Source of the DNA: Chrysomallon squamiferum
Taxonomy: Eukaryota; Animalia; Mollusca
Length of the DNA: 64,000 nucleotides
Reading direction: 5' to 3'
Assembly (NCBI GenBank): GCA_012295275.1
Contig: CM022665.1
Location: forward strand, 4,898,001 to 4,962,000
Shown here: positions 56,050-64,000 of the stretch, one piece after another
Position numbering within the stretch: position 1 is the first letter of the stretch
Layout of the letters: each line of letters opens with the position of its first letter
The notes under the pieces: generated by a model
Database searches by the model: none
What the model was told of the DNA's origin: nothing
The model's input: the letters and a program-made list of their open reading frames with translations, nothing else
Made by a program: the position numbers and the translations under genes

Positions 56050-56280
56050 GGTGGCCCAAAAGTAGGTTTACAGTTATTAAACTATCGTTTATATGCATGA
56101 AGTTACTTGCACTGTGTGTCAGCGCGTCCTGGACAGGTTTGAAGAATGTTGCAATGTTGAAGGAGGACATTTTGAGCACCTGAGAGACTAAAACAGTTTC
56201 TGTTTAATCCTTGAAACATGCTTATATTTTAAAATAAATTGCCTACGTAATAACGGTAAACCTACTTTTGGGCCACCCTG
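56047..56280 (+). mobile_element. Tc1/mariner-superfamily non-autonomous element (MITE, 234 bp)
   Basis: 33-bp TIRs CAGGGTGGCCCAAAAGTAGGTTTAC(A/C)GTTATTA (32/33 match), TA on both sides, and internal frame 56102-56191 VTCTVCQRVLDRFEECCNVEGGHFEHLRD* resembling a transposase C-terminus. Confidence 0.92.
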
Positions 56281-56568
56281 TAATATATAGTGCGTAAAGC
56301 GTTATTACAAGATTTTAACAAGACTAGGTACTTTCGTGTGTTTTTCTTTTAAAAGAAGTGGTGAAGCGTTTATTCCACAAAATCACACACAGTAGAGCAG
56401 TAAACGAGTATAACAAAGCGTTAAACTGTCCCTTTGTGTAAGTAATTAATTCAGCATGAATGGAACAGAGAAAACGTAAATATTTACAGGTAATAAAACG
56501 TCACATTAAAACTTTCTCACAGTTTCAAATAAATCGGACAAAATAAACGGATGTCTACATAGTCATAT

Positions 56569-56607
<39 letters not shown>

Positions 56608-57494
56608 TTTTGCATATTATTATTTTTATTATTTAATTGTACATACATACATAAATAAATATATACATAAATACATACATAAATACATATACATAAATAC
56701 ATATATACATATGCATATGCATATTTTTCTCTTTCTGAATTTTAGGACGTTAAGGATAATATTTTCCCCAAGTAGCATGAAACAGGAACGAGGTGTTTGA
56801 GAAGAATTTAAAGTAACATTTCTTTTTCATAATCTAAAAAAAACTTAAAATTAAAAAAAACTTAAATAAACAGTAGAGAAAGTAGAGTAAAATAACAGTT
56901 ATATGTAAGATGTTTTCCCTTATATACTGAAGTACAGTACAGAAAGTCTGCAGTATTAATCTACATTTATTTTCTCCGTCATATGAAGCACACCAAACAA
57001 GTGATTTCTAAGAAGTAAAAATAAATTTAGAACCAAGAAAAAAAAAAAAAAAACATTATTAAAGGCCATTTTCTAATAAAAAAAAAAAAAAAAAAAAAAA
57101 AAAATAAATAAATAAAAGAAATTTGATAAATAAATAATTAAAAACATTTAAATGAAGAACCAAAAAAAAAAAAAAAAAATATCATCGAATAACAAGTGAC
57201 GACGTCATTATTTAATTTAAAGCCAAAGGAAAAAGAAAAAGAAAGAGAAAAACAACAAAACAGTATTATCTAATATTTATTTCAACTACTAAACAATTAC
57301 AACAGACGTTATCATGTAATATCAAACACAAATAATGAATAGTATCATACGTCAGTATCTTATTCAGTTACCAAAGTGTGTATAGTTTGGCCACACCTAT
57401 TCCCTGATTTTTTTCTCTCTCTCTCTTTTCTTTACCCTCGTATCAGTTGATTCATTTAGTATTGGTAGGTCTTTGTACTGACAAGTCGTTAGAT

Positions 57495-60927
<3,433 letters not shown>

Positions 60928-61649
60928 TAAATACTCTGTTTACTGTCATTCTGAGCCAAACAGAAAGTACTGATTCATTAATAATAGTCTATATAGTGTG
61001 ATAGTGTTAGGGCAAGATATTCTTGAGATATAAAATTATTTTTGGTGAATTTAATGGTTCTTAACCGAAACAAACAAAAAGTGAAATACAGTATAACACA
61101 CTTCGTACAGCTGAATACGATAACCATTAACAGTTCATTTTATTTCAGTCACGATACTGATTCTGGAACTAGTTAACAAATGATGAATAATTATGGTCAG
61201 ACGACGATTAGAACATTTTATGAAGTGTTTTTGCCTTTTAACTGTAACTGATTTACATTAAATCAACTGTTAGTAACAGCACATCAGCAAATAATTATTA
61301 TATGTTTTATCTTTATTGTTTATTCAGTAACATATTAAACATTCTGAGATGCTTTCGAATATCTCCAACTTTTACCACGTTTCACTGATTTTCTTGCCTT
61401 CTAGAAGTAACCAGAGTTAGTTTAAATTTGCCTACGGATATTTCGAAATCACCATTCACTTTACTGATTTGAAAGTAACAAATTCAAGTTACAAAATATA
61501 AAAGGTTAATTTTGTATGTCGTTTGTCATTTTTAAATTTGGAGATAGGTAACAAAATAAACAGATGAATCTTTCTGTAAACAAAACTAATTTGTTACAAA
61601 AGCATGACGGCCAGTCATGAAAATCATTTCCTGCTTCCCAGACTAACTA

Positions 61650-61768
<119 letters not shown>

Positions 61769-63159
61769 TAATACAAATTTGTACCATTAGTTTGAATTTT
61801 AAAAACCCGAAACAAAACAGTGACGAATGCCAAAAAAATTTGCCTTATCTTTTCTTTACAGGATGATCAGAAAGAGTAAAATTATAAATTTTAATATATT
61901 TTTTTCCAATAGTTCTATACAAACGATAAAAAAAAAAAAACCTGTTTGATCTATGCTTTCCTACCTCAGGCAATGTCTATGGAAATATTACTTCATAAAA
62001 TCACCCTAGTCGATATATCTGACGCTCAGAAACGAAGAAAAAATTCAAATACCTAACAAAAGTATGCTGACTTAACGCCACCACTCACCAGTGGTGAAAT
62101 CTCAGGATTACAGTTTAAATGACTCAAAAAAAAAAAAAAAAAAAAAAATGCTTCAAGCAGTTTTATGATTTGGACCATAAACCAAGCACTAAAATATCCA
62201 CATTTATATCATAAACGTCTCATGTTACACATTATATGAACCTTTAAATATGTACGCAAATGAAATGGAGATATTTGACTCTGCAACCCCAGTATTCATA
62301 ACAGCCAAATTTTTTTTTTTTTTTAAATCAGATATTCTGTAATAACTTAAAATGAAAGAGAAAGACATGGGCCTCGAGGGACTGGTTTCTGTATTTTATC
62401 TCACAGATTATCTCTCTTTTATAACTGACCCGTTAAATATGTGTTGAATTCGGTAACTGACCGTGTTTAAATATAAAACTGATCAGTACACTGAAGTAAA
62501 GTTTTCGCACACATGAACGTATGTAGCACATACTTGTTAATGTTAACGTGCAACGCACTGAGAAAACACGATCCAGTCTGGTGATATTAGCGTATTTTAT
62601 ATACCACTATTGCTTTTTTCACACTGAATTAGTTTGCATTTATTATGCTGGTGTCTGTGTAAGTAAATATATGTATGTAGTCATATACTTATGTATATAT
62701 GTATGTATGTGTACATCAGCGTAAGTACTCGAAAAAAATCCATAATATGTGTATACCTGTGCATGTAAGGACATCTTTGAATCCCTGTAAATACATACAT
62801 ATATTAAATGGTTTGGGTAAATGTTTAATTGATACATAGGGAAATACTGCTTAATGAGAAAATAGTACGCGTTTTTTTTATCTTTAAAATAAGTGTGTTT
62901 GAAGTACAAATATAATATTCATTCCTTAAAGAAAATAGTCAATACTGATATTTGACTTGTTCAAACAATTGTATTCAGTTCGATTATCGATTAATCACAA
63001 AGAGAAATAATGTTTATTTAGCGATAAACGGGACTTGCTATTTAATCAGTGGTTATAGCGTGGCAAGTATAATAATGTGTTAAAGAAAAGAAAATAATAC
63101 TTGAGAGACATATACACTGGATTTTTTTTTTACAAAATTTTATTATTATTATTAGTAGT

Positions 63160-63190
<31 letters not shown>

Positions 63191-63368
63191 GTAGTAGTAG
63201 TATTATATTATTATTAGTATTATTATTATATTATTAGTAGTATTATTGTTATATTATTATTATTACTGATGATGATGATATCTGTATTTTTTCTATATTT
63301 TTTATTTTTATTTTATATTATTTTTATATTATGGTACTGAATTATTATTTATTTATTTATTTATATAT

Positions 63369-63403
<35 letters not shown>

Positions 63404-63599
63404 CTTTATTTCAATATTTGATATATTCTTTTTAAAAAATGTATTTCTTTTATTTCCTCATATTTGTAATTATTTTATTTTATATTATTTATTTATTCGT
63501 TCATTTTACTTGTTATTTATTTCATTTTTTTTTTTTTTTTTTTTCAGTGTTATTTCAGTTTATTTTGTTGCGTGTTACTCTTTATGATAAAAGTTAAGA

Positions 63600-63782
63600 G
63601 ACAGTTCTTAGTTCTTGTACGAGGTGGCGAAGCAGTTGTTCTTACATTCAAAGAAGATCCCAAAGAAGATGTGCAGCATCGTAGTTAGAGATCTATCAGT
63701 CTTAAAGCTCCCGGGACACGATCACAGGACCTACTAGTATAGAAATCGATAGTTTAACCATAGCGCGGCATTGAAGCAGTTC
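63600..63782 (-). mobile_element. Degenerate tRNA-derived SINE-like element
   Basis: Minus strand begins with a tRNA-like head (A-box-like gccgcgctatggttaa, B-box-like gtgatcgtgtccc); a 27-bp piece of its body recurs inverted at 58909-58935. Confidence 0.35.
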
Positions 63783-63824
63783 AGGAAAACGTCAAAAGAC
63801 ACATTGCTTAGGTAAATGAGGTAG

Positions 63825-63861
<37 letters not shown>

Positions 63862-64000
63862 GACACACATACACACACGTACACAGACACACACACACAC
63901 ACACACATATACATCGAAACACAGGTTACATGGATCATGGAAGACAGAGACAATTTATATGTGAAAATGAGGCAGATTCGCAATATACATAAAAAAACAC

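Overview
Eukaryotic, very AT-rich, microsatellite-saturated genomic DNA with one 200-N assembly gap (42201-42400). It is probably from a gastropod mollusc, an inference from the lustrin/WAP-type and CAP-EGF-ShK protein architectures. Most entries in the ORF track are microsatellite artefacts. Splicing by hand (GT-AG, phase-consistent) gives seven multi-exon genes: (1) HDAC8, minus, exons 1-9, running off the left edge; (2) a 13-exon secreted Cys-rich modular protein (FOLN-like and lustrin-type repeats plus 3 WAP domains), plus; (3) sialate O-acetylesterase (SIAE), minus; (4) an unrecognised signal-peptide/furin-site/GPI-signal protein, minus; (5) an unrecognised 7-exon, 215-aa gene almost invisible in the ORF track, plus; (6) a CAP/CRISP protein with EGF and ShK-like domains, minus; (7) an unrecognised 3-exon basic protein, plus. 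There is also a Tc1/mariner-type MITE retaining a transposase C-terminus, degenerate SINE-like fragments and tandem repeats. No database searches were run, so unrecognised means only that I do not recognise it.
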